The notes: a model not told the origin generated them from the letters alone. Shown: positions 47,511 through 64,000, counted from the stretch's first letter. The stretch: DNA of 64,000 bases from the human T2T-CHM13v2.0 reference genome, Homo sapiens (GCF_009914755.1 NC_060935.1); one strand, 5' to 3'. A program made the numbers and translations.

Positions 47511-48017
47511 TCCTAGCAATCCTTTATGACTCAAAAATGCTGTGAATTCTTTGTGAAGACCTATGAGGGTGAGGATAGAGGTGAGGGGGCTGCCAGGCAG
47601 ATTGGCCTATAATGCTCCTGGAGCAATTCATTCAGTCCTCCCAGGGAGCATCTCACATATCCGACCACACAAGTCTGTATGTATTCAACTCCTCAGTCAT
47701 TCCACAAACATACTGACATCTTCTTTTCTGCATTCACAGAGCCTAGGTCATGTCCTCCCATGGAGAAGGCCACAGAAATTGTTTACAGAAGAAATAACAA
47801 TGGCAGAGGCCCCTGCAGAGCTTAGTTTAGGGGAAGACAAACCTAGAAACAATCACAACGGTGTGATTAGTGTCTCCTCGATTTATTATTTTTAGAGGTT
47901 CTCTATCTAGGAGTAGACTTTGGAATGTCAATTTATTCCCGTTAGGCACTGTTTTGTATTGTATATATTATGCACACTCCTGCTTTTTTGCCATTTCTGT
48001 TAGTAACTATGCCTATA

Positions 48018-48512
48018 TCAGTTCTCATGCTATACAACAAATTACCATAGATTTAGCATCTTAAAACTACACATTTACTACCTCAGAGTTTCTGTGGGTC
48101 AGGAGTCCATGCATGGCTTAGCTGGGTCCTCTGCTGGTACTTGTAGGGCTGGGACCCTCAGCTCCTACAGCCTCTCCTTGCCATAGGCACTGCACAACAC
48201 AGCTATTGCTCCTTCAAGTAGATGGAGAGTGCTTCTCTTTAGGAAGCGCCTAGTCCCTCTTTTCAGGGCTTTTATGTGATTCAGCCAGCCCACCCATAAT
48301 TTCCTATTGATAACTTCAAAATCAACTGATTTGGAAACTTATCTGTATATGCAAAATTCCTTCACCTTTGTCTTACAATGTAATGCAATCACAGAGTGCT
48401 GTCCTGTCATACACTCACAGGTCCTGCCCACACTCAAGGGAAGGGAATTACACTGGGCATGTACACCAGGGGGTAAAAATCCTGGGGATTGTTTAAGAAA
48501 TCTGCCTATCAC
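48018..48512 (-). mobile_element. MLT1D/E-type LTR
   Basis: caaattaccatagatttagcatcttaaaac...tttctgtgggtcaggagtcc...gtcctgcccacactcaagggaaggga. Confidence 0.8.
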
Positions 48513-49277
48513 AATGCTTTAGTCTGATAGGCTCAGCTGGTGCTACTAATTACCTGCACCCACCTTCTTCCTGGAAGACTCTGATCTTCCTGTCTTCCAA
48601 CCATGGCCTCTAGAGACTGTGCCAGTTACAGACCTTCCATTAAAATCCTGAAGACTCAAGTTAGCACCTTTCTGTGGGCAAAAACCATGGGATTATGGGC
48701 TAGGAAGGCATTGCCAGAGGTCAGATCAGAGGGTTTCATTCATATGTACGCATTGTCTTGGAGAGTTTGTAAACCCCTACAGAATAGATGATGCAACTTC
48801 CTTGGAAAATTTAACCTTGTATCTCAGGAGACTTCCAGGAAATTCTAGTACTAATCTTAATGGTTCTCACTTATTTTAGGAATATTATTCAGGCAACTAC
48901 TAAGGGCCAAGTACTGAGAATAATAAGATAAAATTGTTCTATAACTAAGCCATTCCCTAGAGAGCTGCTCTTGTATCTTCAGCCTTTATTCAGAGATTAT
49001 CCCCAAATGACGTCCACATGAGGGTTTCAACTCAGGGATGTTTTGCGGGTAGGTACAATCTTAGAATCTTAACTCTGTCTCTCCCACTTTCCCACTCTCC
49101 TTCCCTCTCTTCTTCTCTCATTTACACACATACACAATGTAGGATGCAAAGGAGTGAACACTATTTGAATATAATCTAACTTATATTTTAAAATTATTCC
49201 AAGTCTTTGGAACTATAACTATTATTAAAATAAAATTTTGCATTGCACTTGATAATTTATGACAAAGAATCATTCCC

Positions 49278-49319
49278 TCAGACACCAAGATTAAGTGGTG
49301 TCTTAATCTTGGTGTCTGA
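49278..49319. repeat. Perfect 18-bp inverted repeat with 6-nt loop
   Basis: tcagacaccaagattaag-tggtgt-cttaatcttggtgtctga. Confidence 0.97.
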
Positions 49320-49863
49320 TACTCTTTGGAAGATTTATCCAACTGATACTCTTTGGAAGATTCCACAGGCAGCATTCTTGTATGGATACGAGTATTAACT
49401 TCTTTTTAACTTGTAAATAGTTTGTAAAGAAAAATTCTCAAGGCAGTCAAAACAAGCCATTATAGCAGATTTTATTTTATTTCCTGTTGTCGTCCAGTTC
49501 CTTTTATTGCAAGGGTGCACAAAAAGTTACCTCAAGTAACCTTCACCCTGCCGAATTAAATAACTCATATCTTTTGTTAGATCACGTTTCAAATAAGAAA
49601 GTCTGTTGCAGCATATTTGAAGCCTCTGGGATCTGTCCAGGTTTTATAAGTGTGCATGACCCATATTCAAAACCATTAAAAGCAAGACAACTAAACAAAA
49701 ATCCCCACTATTAACCAAATAAAATGTATCTGTTTGCCAACTCTCAAGGTCCATTAGTTTGTCATGAGTGGAACAAAATATTAAAAGAGGTATAACTAAT
49801 TTGCAACAGATGTGTTTACCACAAAAGAAGGGATTCAAAGTATAAATGCAGGTGTAAGTACAG

Positions 49864-49893
49864 GTGTGTGTGTGCACGTGTGTGTACGTGTGC
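49864..49893. repeat. Alternating purine-pyrimidine tract (Z-DNA prone)
   Basis: gtgtgtgtgtgcacgtgtgtgtacgtgtgc. Confidence 0.7.
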
Positions 49894-50689
49894 CTGCGTG
49901 CACCCAGCTATTTCGGTATTCAGGGGGATGGCAACATTGGAGGCGCATGTAGAGTACAGCTTAACCTGTGCTTTCCCTTGGAAAGGTAATACCCATGGGT
50001 CACTGTGCTGGGTTCAGAAAGGCCCACGTACATAGCACTTCTTTTGTTTATCCATCTGAAAGGTCTGTGGGCTATGAGGATACCTTCAGTCCCATCACTA
50101 CGGATTCTCACAGAGGGTTAACTGTGGCTCCAGGTGCCCTGAACATCCATTCATTCTTGCTATAACTTATTTATTTATTCAACAAATGTCCAACTGAATT
50201 CTAGAAATATGTTGGCATTGTGCCAGGCATTAGAGATAGAATGTTGGACAGGGTAACATTCTTGTCCTCAAAAAGCTTATGGCCAAGGGGAGAAGCTGTC
50301 CAGACAAATCTGGAATGATGATGGCTCTGATGGAGGGATGCATAGGGTGTCACAAAAGCACAGGGGGCAGGCATTAAGTAGATATGGTCAGGGTTGCCAT
50401 GTAGATGGGGGGATTATGGAATCTGGAAAGTAGCCCTCAAGCTGAGTTTTAATCATGGAAAAGAGCTAATTAAGTGGAGAATAAAGTAATAGGCATTTCA
50501 AGAAAATGAAACAGCATGTGGCAGCACAAAGGCATAATTGGGCTCAGTGTGTTTGTGGAGCAAGTTGTTCAATGGAGCTCAGGTGAAGGAGGAAGTTGTA
50601 GAGAGGTGATGAAAGAACCAGACATGAGCTAAGCTCCTTTGTGTTAAACTAGTTCACACTTGCAAGCTGTAGGGAATCAGAATAATGTG

Positions 50690-50915
50690 AACAATGGCAA
50701 TTAATATTACTGAATGCGTATTATGTACCACACATAATCCTTAAGCATTTTACCTATCTCACTGGACTATGTCATGCAATACTCACGATAACCCTGTGAG
50801 ATAGGTACTGTATATTATCTCCCGTTTTATAGATGAGAAAACAAAGACACTGAAAGGATAGGTTATTTGTCCAAGGTCACACAACTAATAGATGGCAGAG
50901 CTGCACTTTGACCCA
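50690..50915 (-). mobile_element. MIR
   Basis: aaccctgtgagataggtact...cgttttatagatgagaaaaca...tgtccaaggtcacacaacta. Confidence 0.8.
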
Positions 50916-52312
50916 GACAGGCTGGGTCCTGCACACCCTCACCTCTCCCATTGTGCTGTCTGCGGAGCAGTGATAAGCATGGGAGTGTCGGGGCTCAGAG
51001 GAGGTGCATTCTGGCCACAGGGTGCAGAGCAGAATGGCAGTAGGGGAGGCTGAGGGGGCACAGAAGAGACAGGCTGAACTCAGTGAAGCCATCTCCAGGA
51101 CTGCCAGGGAGGCACATGAGGTAGGAGCCTTCTGTTGAGAGTAGGTGCCTGGGCCCAGAAGTTCTAGCTGTTCCTGATCTTATCATGGGTCACAGTATGA
51201 AGACCATGTTAGTTTTCTATTTGATGATGATTCCTACTTACAAACAGGCTGGTTTTAGATTCTTAAACTCTGGCCAAGAAGGTCCAATTTTCTTTCCCTA
51301 CCCTCCTGTTTTTTAGTTCCCTGCCATTTCTTCATTGACTTTCAAACAATAAAACTCCTGTGTTTTCCCCACTTTTTGCTCAGTTAACAGAATAGTCACA
51401 CACACACTTTCCTGGGCTAGAAATCTTCCCTTTGGCCCTCGTCTGACAGGTCACTATATCCAGTAGATTTTTTCTTGTGAATCTCTCTCAAGTGTACTCT
51501 TTCCACCTGCACTGCTCTCTCACCATCTCTAGTCTTGATTCCTATGAAAGCCTCCTCGCTGACCTTCCTGCCTCCCATTTCTCCCTGTTTCAGGGCTTTA
51601 TCCTATATTGCCACAGAGTAATCTTGCCAGAGTTACCACATCACTGCTTTATCCCCTTCCATGGCAACTGAAACCTGTAGGGTAAAGCAACCCCCCCAAA
51701 AATAACATATAAAGAAAGTCCTTTACAACCTGACCCCCGCCAGCCTAGCTCTCTTTGGTTTAAGTATGAAAGTAATACTCACGAATTAAATAAAAACTAT
51801 GAATATGGTATCCGCTATATGTGTTGTGCTTACTTTTATCATAAAAGTGGATAAGAAGCCAACAATTGAACACAGCAACTTTGAGTATCCCTCAGCATCT
51901 CGTGCCGCTGCTGCCTATCCCTATCTGTCTGGTGCTCTGTCCATCTCACCTGCTATTCTGAAAACATAAAATATACCTCATGCATGCCTGAGTCATTTAT
52001 GCTGTGCCTGGAACAGAGTAGAGAATCAATCTTTTCTGACCTGAAGGAATCGTTTATTTGAAAATGGAGGGAACTATTTGCCAGAGATAGCATTCAGCCC
52101 TTAAATCTGATGTCTTGTCTGATGACCACAACAACCAACAAGCTAGGTCGACACTATTACAGCTCCTTTTCAGATGAAGAACCTGTGGCTTAGAGAGTTC
52201 CACACAGCCCATCTCTTCTCCTCACATTCCTGTCACATACAGAAGTATGCACCACCCCAGACATGCTAGATTCATCTCTGCCTCTGTGTCTACTCACAGT
52301 CTCCACCCTGCC

Positions 52313-52625
52313 CTGTATCAGTTATCTGTTGCCACAATAATGCTACATAGCAAACCACGCCTAAACTTAGTGGGTTCAAACAACAATCGTTTATCATTTC
52401 TCAGGGGTCCATAGGGTGGCTGGGTAGGCTCACTTGTGCACCTGCAGTCAGTGGCACGTTGCCTAGGAACAGCTGGGTGAGGATGACTTCAGCTGGGGTG
52501 ACTGGGTTGTCCTCTGCATGGCCTCTGCTCCTGCAGGAGGCTAACCTGGCCTGGCCTCATGACGGAGGCAGATGTCTAAGAGAGAAAGCAGAAGTACACA
52601 AGGTCCCTAGGAACTTAGCCTGGTC
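52313..52625 (-). mobile_element. MLT1-type LTR fragment
   Basis: tgtatcagttatctgttgccacaataatgct...ctaaacttagtggg. Confidence 0.7.
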
Positions 52626-53211
52626 ACTTTAACACTTTGGTGTTCCAAGTCTGGCTCTGAAGCTCACCCCTCTACTATGACCTCTAGTTATACCCATATA
52701 AGGCTTTTCATCTCAATGCTCATGGAAACAGGCAGCAATCAAGACTGATTTTAAAATATGCAAATGTCTACATGAAAGCAGTGAGTCAGGCATTGGTGTG
52801 ATTAACAGTTTTGAGGAAGTATCACCAAAGAACCAGTGAGAAGTCTGCTGCAAAGTTCAGGTCCAGGAAGCAGGCCCTAGACCATCACATGTTGAGAAAG
52901 GATAAAAAGAACAGGATGAAATGAGATGTACTTCACAGGAAGAATCCATGGGGAAACATCAAAATGACTTTGTGTTTTCTAACTATACACAGGCAAATGG
53001 CAGTACCACAGCTAGAAATTGAGAGCATTTCCATCCTTTTCAGTTTGGAATATTACAGGAAAAAAAAAACACTATGCAAAAAACCAGCTCAGTCTTTAAA
53101 TGAGAAATAAATAAAAATGAGAAGTTCGTAATTATAACCTTGGAATGGTTACAATGTTGTTGCAGTCAGATAATTGGTGGAAAGTGGAAACCGATCAGAA
53201 ATTCCCCAGAG

Positions 53212-53393
53212 CAGCCTGGGCAACAAAGCAAGACACCATCTCTATAAAACATAAAAAAAAATTATCTGGGCATGGTGGCATGTGCCTGTAGTCCCAGCTA
53301 CACTGTAGCTGGAAGGTCTAGGCTGCAGTGAGCCTTGATCATGCCATTGTACTCCAGCCTGGGTGATAGAGAAAGACCCTGTCTCAAAAAAAT
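53212..53393 (+). mobile_element. 5'-truncated AluJ
   Basis: TSD aaattccccagag at 53199-53211 and 53394-53406. Confidence 0.88.
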
Positions 53394-53459
53394 AAATTCC
53401 CCAGAGGATGGCCCATTTTCATGCTTTACGTGAGTGTTGACGAGCCTGGATGCTCTAGG

Positions 53460-53592
53460 ACAGTTCTCAAACTTTCAGGTTCAGAAACCCTTTACAGTCA
53501 TAAAAATTATTCAGGCCTCCAAATAGGTTTTGTTGAGGTTGGTTATAACTATTGATATTTACCATGTACATAATTAAAATGGAGAAATTGTA
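53460..53592 (+). mobile_element. hAT-Charlie DNA transposon end
   Basis: cagttctcaaacttt...ccctttacagtcataaaaattatt...tattgatatttacc resembles the Charlie1-type terminus. Confidence 0.6.
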
Positions 53593-55461
53593 ATAATATG
53601 TACCAGATGATATTCCAGGATAAGACATGCATCTGTGAAAAAAAACAGATAAGACAAAGCCCCTGCTTTTATTTTTCTTTCATTTTTTAGAGCTGACGTT
53701 CTTTTGAGGGAGGCCAAACAATAAATATGTTAGCAGATAAATGTATAATATGCAGACAGAATATAATAAGTACTATAGAGGGAAATGAACTAAGGGAAGG
53801 GATTATGGAGACCTGGCCTCTTCCAGAAGGAGGCACTGGAAGGAAGTTGTCTATGTTGCCTGTGTTGGACTCCAGCTGTAGGGACCCCATCGTGGAGCCA
53901 GGCTGGACTCACACTCATACCTCACACATCTTCCCAGCTTCCACACCCTCCACTGAAGTTCTCAACTTGATGTCTTTGGGCAACATACATCTATGCACGT
54001 GAAAAGCCATGTGTCAAGTCTGTTTCTTTTTCATAATTTATTGCTATTATCAATAAAGTTGTTAGGGTTCAGGACAGGGTGCCATGGAATACTCTGAATT
54101 TAGTGCTGGAAAGCTAGAAAAACCTATGATACGGATTTAATAAAGGATTATGTGTAATTCACTAAAACCAACATATAAAGCACTTATTGTATGCCGGGCC
54201 CTGTTTAAGCCCTAACCCTGGGTTCATAGCCCTTCTGCAATGCCAAATTGCCCCATGGCTCACTGAATTTTATACAGTTCCTGTTTTCCTGCTACCCATC
54301 CACTGAAGCACTCAGCAAAATATCACCTGCTAATCTATTTGATTTCTAGGTTGACACAGTATGAATTGGGATAGCAAGTTTGGAAACTGACAAATTCTGC
54401 ACAATCTGAATCTAATTGGTTTCTGAGTTTGGAGAGTAAGCAGTAAGTTGACTAGTGAGGGCGATATATACTGTGTCCCAGGCACTTAGGATAAATAGAG
54501 TCTAAAGTGCTTGCAAGGAAACAAAGTGAATAATCAATTCTAGTTCAGCATAATAACTGCCCTAGAAGGGGTTGCACAGAATGCTTTAGGCAGATGAGAA
54601 TGACCATCTAACTGCTCTGCAGGAGCAGAGGATTTTGTTTTGAATAATGAGCAGGTGTATCCCGAGTTAGCAAAGGAGAGCTAAGGAAGTCTGAGCAAAG
54701 TCTAAAACTTGCGGGAAGCCATGGCAGGTTTGGTGACTAGTGACTAGTGTGATGAGGAAGCGACAAGAGAGGAAGTTGATCAAGCACTCTGCATGCTATG
54801 CTGAGATATCGGAAACTTATTCCATGGGCAGTATCATGAAATACCCCTAATTTTTAGAATAAGTCCATGCTGACAATTTTATAATAATAGCATGATATTT
54901 TATAACTGACTACAAGTCTGAGAGCCATCATCTTTGTCATCTCAGTGCCTACCGTCCTACCTATCATCTGATTAGTATTGATAAATGTTTATGAACATGA
55001 ATACAATCCAGATGGTTGAAAAAGTCAAGTTTTATAACACCATTTCAGGAAGCAGTCAAAATACTCAGGGTTTTAAGATAATTCTCTTCTCTTTAATGAA
55101 TTCATCACTCTTCCCAAGCCAACCTGCTTTTCCTTCTCTGCTGCTATCTCATGTACCCTATCACCCCATTTTTGAGTCTGATTTGGTATCAGCTGGTTCC
55201 CTCAATTGAATCAGTTATTAAGACGTGACTTCTCCTTTTCTAGCTGCTTATATCCATCACTATTTGGATAGCTCTCATCTGGATCATACTTACAAACTCA
55301 TTACCTGGTTTCCCTCTGTCCTTCCCCATCCCCAAGCCATTCTCCACCAGCAGCCAGACCAATGTTTCGGATCCTTAACTCAGATTGAGTGACTCCCATA
55401 CAAAGGAATAAGTCTCACCAGATTTGGAGAGTGTTGCTATTAAATCAGGGGAAAAGTATTT

Positions 55462-55547
55462 AAAAGATTCAATTAAGTGATACTTATGTATGAATTTACA
55501 AGTTATATGAAAAGATTCAAATAAGTGATACTTGTGTATGAATTTAC
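55462..55547. repeat. 38-bp direct repeat, period 48
   Basis: aaaagattcaa.taagtgatactt.tgtatgaatttac at 55462 and 55510. Confidence 0.9.
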
Positions 55548-56199
55548 TGTGAGGCCTTGCGCCAAATTCTATCCTAATTGCTTGTCTGCAATTCTGCCTG
55601 AGGGGGAAACCCAGATTCTCATTCTCTGGTTTGCCAGGGAAACCTTGCATGTCATTGCCTCTGTTAAAAAAATTTGCATCTTGGCTGGACCCAAAGGTTT
55701 TAAATTTATTTCCCATCCTTCCTCAACCTTTTCTTCCTGCTAATTATCTCTTCTCAAGAGAAGCACAGCAGGGAGTTTTAACTTACCCTTTTACTTGAAC
55801 ACTGTAAATATATTATCCTCAAACTCCAAAAGAAAAGGAATTTATAAAACTTACAGAGTATCAGCCCTGAAAACTATGTAGAGAGCATCCAACCTAAACC
55901 TCTTGTTTTACAGCTGGGAAAAACAAGGTTGGGTTGACAAAGGGACTTTTGGGGAGACACATAGAGCCAAAGGCTGAGTTTAGACCACTCACATCTCTGA
56001 CTCCAAGTGCTGGGTTTCATCTACAAAGGAAGGAATAGGAGAAGCAGAAGGAACATGGGGGGAATTCTGTTTCTTTTTTTCCAGAACTATGTTTCCCTGA
56101 CCAAAACCATATATCCACTCTTGTGTTATTTCTCCAAGGGTTCTGCATTAGAAAAGAAGAGTAGAGGGAGAAAGAAGCATGTCTGTGTTGGTTTCTGCT

Positions 56200-56567
<368 letters not shown>

Positions 56568-57106
56568 TGAACATTTTCTTACGGATGAGACATTAATATG
56601 CCTTGCTCTTAGACATAGTCCCTCTGTAGCTGGGCTGCAAGCCTGCTGGCTTTTCTTCAGGCAAGAAGGATGGGCAGGCTGGGGGCTTCCTAGTCAAGTC
56701 CCATAGTCTGTGACTAGGTCCCAGAGAGCCCATTGCCCTCATCCACCCTTCTGCACACCCAGATGCTCTTCATTCTTTCCCGCCACACACATACATACAC
56801 GTCACCATGCCCTTGGGGCTGGCTGGAGGGGTCCTGACTGGCTGCCTCCCAGCTCAGACTGAGCTCAGAGGACCCCATCCCCACGCTTTATGGCTGTGTG
56901 ACCTTTCCAAGTAACTTATACAAGCCTTAATGTTTCCTCATTTGGAAAATGGGGATTAAAATATCTACCACTTAAACTTATTATGAGTTCTACATTTTAG
57001 AAATATATTAAAATATCATAGTATCCCCCACCAATATATATAATTATTTATCAATTAAAAATAAAATTTTTAAGAAGGTTTTTTTTTTTTTAAAAAGAAT
57101 TATACG

Positions 57107-57262
57107 GGGCTGGGCATGGTAGCTCACGCCTGTAATAACAGCACTTTGGGAGGCCAAGGCCAGGAGGATTGGTTGAGGCCAGGAGTTTGAGACCAGCCTG
57201 GTGAATGGAGCAAGACTCTGTCTCTAAAATAATAAAATAAAAAATTTTAAAAAAACTTAAAA
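57107..57262 (+). mobile_element. FLAM-type Alu monomer
   Basis: Left monomer plus A-rich tail. TSD aaaaagaattata. Confidence 0.85.
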
Positions 57263-58194
57263 AAAGAATTATATGAGTTAATGTAAAGTGCCTAGCCCAG
57301 TATGAAGCATACTATATGTCAGATGTATCTGTCAGATATTTATTAACTTCTCTAGCCCTTGTGCTTGTTCCTTAATAGAAATAGCTTCTGGCCTTTTCTC
57401 ACAGCCAATGGACCTTCCCTCTTACCCCATAAAAGTCCTCTATGGTCACTCACAGGCTTAAACCCTTACTCGTCCTCTATGATCAGCATAGAACCAGGGA
57501 AGAGCAGAGGCTTCACAAGAGACAGGTTAGGCTTGGGAAACTGAAGAAAGGTCTCTCGGGCTCAGGTGGAGGGGTGGCCCTGGCAAACAGGGCAGATCAT
57601 TCCCCATCCTACACTGCAGCCTATGGCCCCCAGTAGCTCAGTATGGCAGGGGGTCCTTCTGTTAGCGGCTCCTGCAATGCATAAGGTTCCCTGTTGTCCC
57701 AGACTTCTCCACATTCCCCAGGGCTTTCGCTTCCTATAACCGAGGCTGACCCAGAACAATGTTGACCCAGAGGCCACAGGAAAGCAACCCCTCAGGCTGA
57801 TGAAGCATGTCAGCAGGGGAGCATGGGGGCAGCTGATGGCTGAGAGACTTCTACAGCTTGCCTCCAAGTCTGGCTCTGGCCACAGTGTGAGACAGGTAAG
57901 GCCACTGTGTCCCTGGGAGCAGCCAGTGATGTCATGACCACTGAAAGGACTGACTTGCTGAGACTCAGCTCTTCCCAGCTAGGGTTGCTCCCACCCCCAC
58001 TTCTGCCATGTGTTCCCTTCATGAAAACCTTGGGTCAGATTTTTTAATGGAATAATGGGTTTGAAAGTATCTTAAAAGCTTTAAAGTACTTTACAAGTTA
58101 TTATTTACTTAAGATAGGCCTGCAGTCAGAACTCTGGAAGTGCAGTAATATTTAGACTTTAGAAAAATATCTGCTTAAATGAGACTATTTTTTT

Positions 58195-60950
<2,756 letters not shown>

Positions 60951-61287
60951 CTCCTAGGATTGCTTCTACTTTCTCACGGAGTAAGTGGGAAGATCTCCAT
61001 GCGAGGGTATGACAGAGGCTTGCAGGGAGATGAGAAAGTGTGATAGTCATATGGAAAGCATGATAGGACTGCTGCCCACACAGCTGGCATATAGCAAACA
61101 GTTTGCTAACATGCTTGCTTACCTCCGAACCTCTGGAACCCATCTCACTATGCATCTCTCTTCCTCCTGTCCAGTCTTCTTTCCTTCATCCTGTTTCTTG
61201 TCCTCTGACTCCAGTTGACCTTCAGTGGGCTTTAAGAACCCAAGCACTGATTAGGAAAATGACAACCTGCTGCTGACACATCCAGCA

Positions 61288-61594
61288 TTTTTTTTTTTTT
61301 TTTTTAGACAGGGTCTGGCTCTCTCACTCAGGCTGGAAAGCAGTGGCACAATCTGAGCTCACTGCAATCTCCACCTCCTGAGTGCATGTGACCCTCCTAC
61401 CTCAGCCTCCTGAGTAGCTGGGACTACAGGTACACGCCCCCACACCTAGCTAATTATTGTATTTTTTTTTTTTTTTTAGAGATGGGGTCTCACTCTGTTG
61501 CCCAGGCTGGTCTTGAACTCCTGAGATCAAGTGATTTGTCTGCCTTGGCCTTCCACAGTGCTGGGCTTACAGGTGTGAGCCACGGTGCCTGGTC
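61288..61594 (-). mobile_element. AluJ
   Basis: Antisense AluJ. TSD cacatccagc. Confidence 0.92.
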
Positions 61595-61908
61595 CACATC
61601 CAGCTTCTTATACCAAACCCTTTCAAAGGATTTGAAGGAGCTCCTCAGAGTGCTCAGTTGTCCTTTAAAGACTCTATCTAACTATCATTCCACTACCTCA
61701 CACCCAGAAGTCAATGAGGGAGGCCCAGCGTTCCTATGCTCTTATTAAGACTACTCTTTCCTACCCATAATAGAAACCTCAGCAGGATTTGAGGTAGACC
61801 TGCAAGTTTCCTCATGCTCCTAGCAAGACCACCACTCCCTGCTTCCATGACACTACTCATCTCACAACGGATGGCCTGACAAGGCAGTCCCAACAAGAAG
61901 TCCACAAC

Positions 61909-62209
61909 TGGATTGGAGTGGTGTCTCATGCCTATAATCCTAGCACTTTGGGAGGCCAAGGCAGTAGGACCACTTGAGTCCTAGAGTTTGAGACTAGCCT
62001 GGGCAACATAGTAGACCTCATCATTGCAAAAAATAAACAAAATTAGCTGGACCTGGTGGTATGCATCTTTAGTACCAGCTACTCAGGAGGAGAAGGTGGG
62101 GGGATTGCTTGAGCTCGGGAAGTTGAGGCTACAGTGAGCCACGATCATGCCACTGCACTCTAGCCTGTCTAATAGAGTAAAAACCTGTCTCACCTGTCTC
62201 AAAAAAAAA
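61909..62209 (+). mobile_element. AluJ
   Basis: Diverged sense Alu dimer with A-tail. Confidence 0.9.
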
Positions 62210-63843
62210 TGTCCAAAATTAGAACTGATGACCGACTTACCTTGAAATGACCAGTAGAGCTGATCTTATCCTGATTCATATCAATCTTCAAGGAGGAAGA
62301 ACTGACCATGCTCCAGAAAGATCAAGTAAAATATGGACACAAAAGGTCTATTTGAGTTTTCAGTTATAAGGTTCCTGGTAACATTATAAAGAATAATTTC
62401 TATGGAGTTATGGTGAAGTAAAAGAATGGGAGGTGAAGATGTAGATACAGAGTATAGCCTACTCTGTAGGAGAAGCTGGCTGTAAAATGATGGAAAGAGA
62501 AATGAAGCAACTAGAAAAAGGTGCCTAGTTGAAGGTGAATTGTTGTTGTTGTTTTAATATAGGCTAGATGCTTATAAGCTAAGAATCTAGTAACAAAGGA
62601 GAAATTAAAGATAACAGAAAAGGGATAATTCATCAAGGAAGTCTAGAAGAAGCCAGGAAAGGATGAGATCACAGTACAAGTGAATATATTAGTCTTGGAC
62701 AGGAGAAATGACACAGTTTCTTCTAAGATGTGTGTGAGGGTAGCGACAGGGGAACAACTAAAGAAAAGTTTATAAGTGAGGAGAGGAAGTGAAAAGAGTT
62801 CATGTCTAATGGTATTTGTTTTTTCAAAGGAGTTAATCTGCTGTTGGTGAAGGGACTGGCCAGGGCGGGGTGTGTGGGGCAGTGTGGGGAAGATATAAGA
62901 TAGCTATTGTGTGAAGATGGTGGGCTAACCATGAAGACCAGTATGGTATTTAGGGCTCAGCTGACATCGGAGACCCCTTATGTGTAGTGGCACCAACATA
63001 CACCACTGTGAGATTTTCTCCTCCATCAACACTCAACTCCGGGACAAGGCAGATGTTTGAACTCATCCTAGGCCAGGGACTTGTGTTGGGTGGATATGGT
63101 GGCATAACTAGGGGTTGATGGGTGAGAATGCTGGTGAGAGAGCTATTACAGTGGTTTAGGCTGCATAGGAAAGAAAGCAAGATGAAGAGAGGGCTGATGA
63201 CCTGGGAGAAAGTAGAGGCCAAGGGACTGGAAGGCATGAGCAAAGGAGTGAGCAATGGAAGAATAACTGTGGTGAGTGGGATATTGGAGTTTTCGATTTC
63301 AGATACGGAATAGTTGTGGGGAATGGGAGATTCAGAGTATAACCCCTGGAGGAGGATACTAATATGGTTTAAAAGTAAGTTTCCATGGAATTGAAGAGGT
63401 GGGCATGCTCCATGCATATAGGGTAGTGTCCTGGAGAATTGCCAATGATTTAGACTGGGACGAGTTGACAGCACGAGACACAAAGCATGAATACTAAAAA
63501 GGAAGAGTTTTTGCTGTAGGTGGGAAGAATAGTAGCCTGAAGTGGCACTAAGGAGCTAGAAAACTGTAACTCCTTCGTTTTACTTCATTTTTCTCCTTTC
63601 TTCCAGTTTAGATCCTTTATCATCCCATTTGGATTAAAGAAATATTCTACTAATTGATTTCCCTGATTTTGGTCTCACTCTAAGTGTCCACATACACAGG
63701 ACTTCTAGCTTGACCTTGTAGAACAGTCTTGACAGCCTTTACTTCACTCCTGCTCGCAAACTTCAGTATCTCTCTGTGGAATAAAATCCAAATTTCTTAG
63801 CCTGGCCCTTAAGGTTCCAAGCATAGAGATGGCTTCAATCTAC

Positions 63844-63912
63844 TACAATTGACCCTTGGATAATACAGTTGCTAAGGTTGCTGACCCTTGTGCGTTGAAA
63901 ATTTATGTGTAA
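63844..63912 (+). mobile_element. Tigger-type (TcMar) DNA transposon end
   Basis: TA + caattgacccttg...gctgaccc...gaaaatttatgtgtaacttt. Confidence 0.6.
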
Positions 63913-64000
63913 CTTTTTTTTTTTTTTGAGATGGAGTCTCGTTCTGTTGCCAGGCTGGAGTGCAGTGGCATGATCTTGGCTCACTGCAATGTCCGCCTCC
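63913..64000 (-). mobile_element. Alu (runs off window)
   Basis: T-tail plus gagatggagtctcgttctgttgccaggctggagtgcagtgg. Confidence 0.92.

Noticed and set aside
57925-57965. Possible C/D snoRNA (gtgatgt...ctga)
   Set aside because: The C box is imperfect, the span is too short, and there is no terminal stem.
62950-63483. 177-aa minus-strand ORF (also 59280-59741 and 60408-60848)
   Set aside because: These lie in decayed L2 sequence with pyrimidine bias and no recognisable gene structure.

Overview
Human (primate) genomic DNA, consistent with chr11p15.4. The window holds the last intron and terminal exon of SYT9 (+; the terminal exon codes only Lys-Arg-stop, followed by a ~2.2 kb 3'UTR). It then has a ~16 kb gap and the promoter plus coding exons 1-2 of OLFML1 (+; exon 3 with the olfactomedin domain lies beyond the window). 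About half of the window is Alu, L2, MIR, MaLR/ERVL LTR and DNA-transposon relics. The main unexplained signal is just downstream of the SYT9 3' end (25.5-30.4 kb). Hand translation across stops and frameshifts gives a collinear, decayed + strand gene for an extracellular leucine-rich-repeat protein: signal peptide, CPxxCxC N-cap, more than 20 LRR-like units, and a CxCxxxWL C-cap. An Alu and a GGAA microsatellite interrupt it, and it is a candidate unitary pseudogene. Also notable: an antisense THE1C solo LTR with an intact DUX4-type site and splice donor plus candidate antisense exons, a possible OLFML1 5'UTR intron creating an overlapping ORF, and a perfect 18-bp hairpin beside a duplication. 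Gene identities and repeat subfamilies come from recall of known sequences, not database searches. Boundaries of old repeats are approximate.
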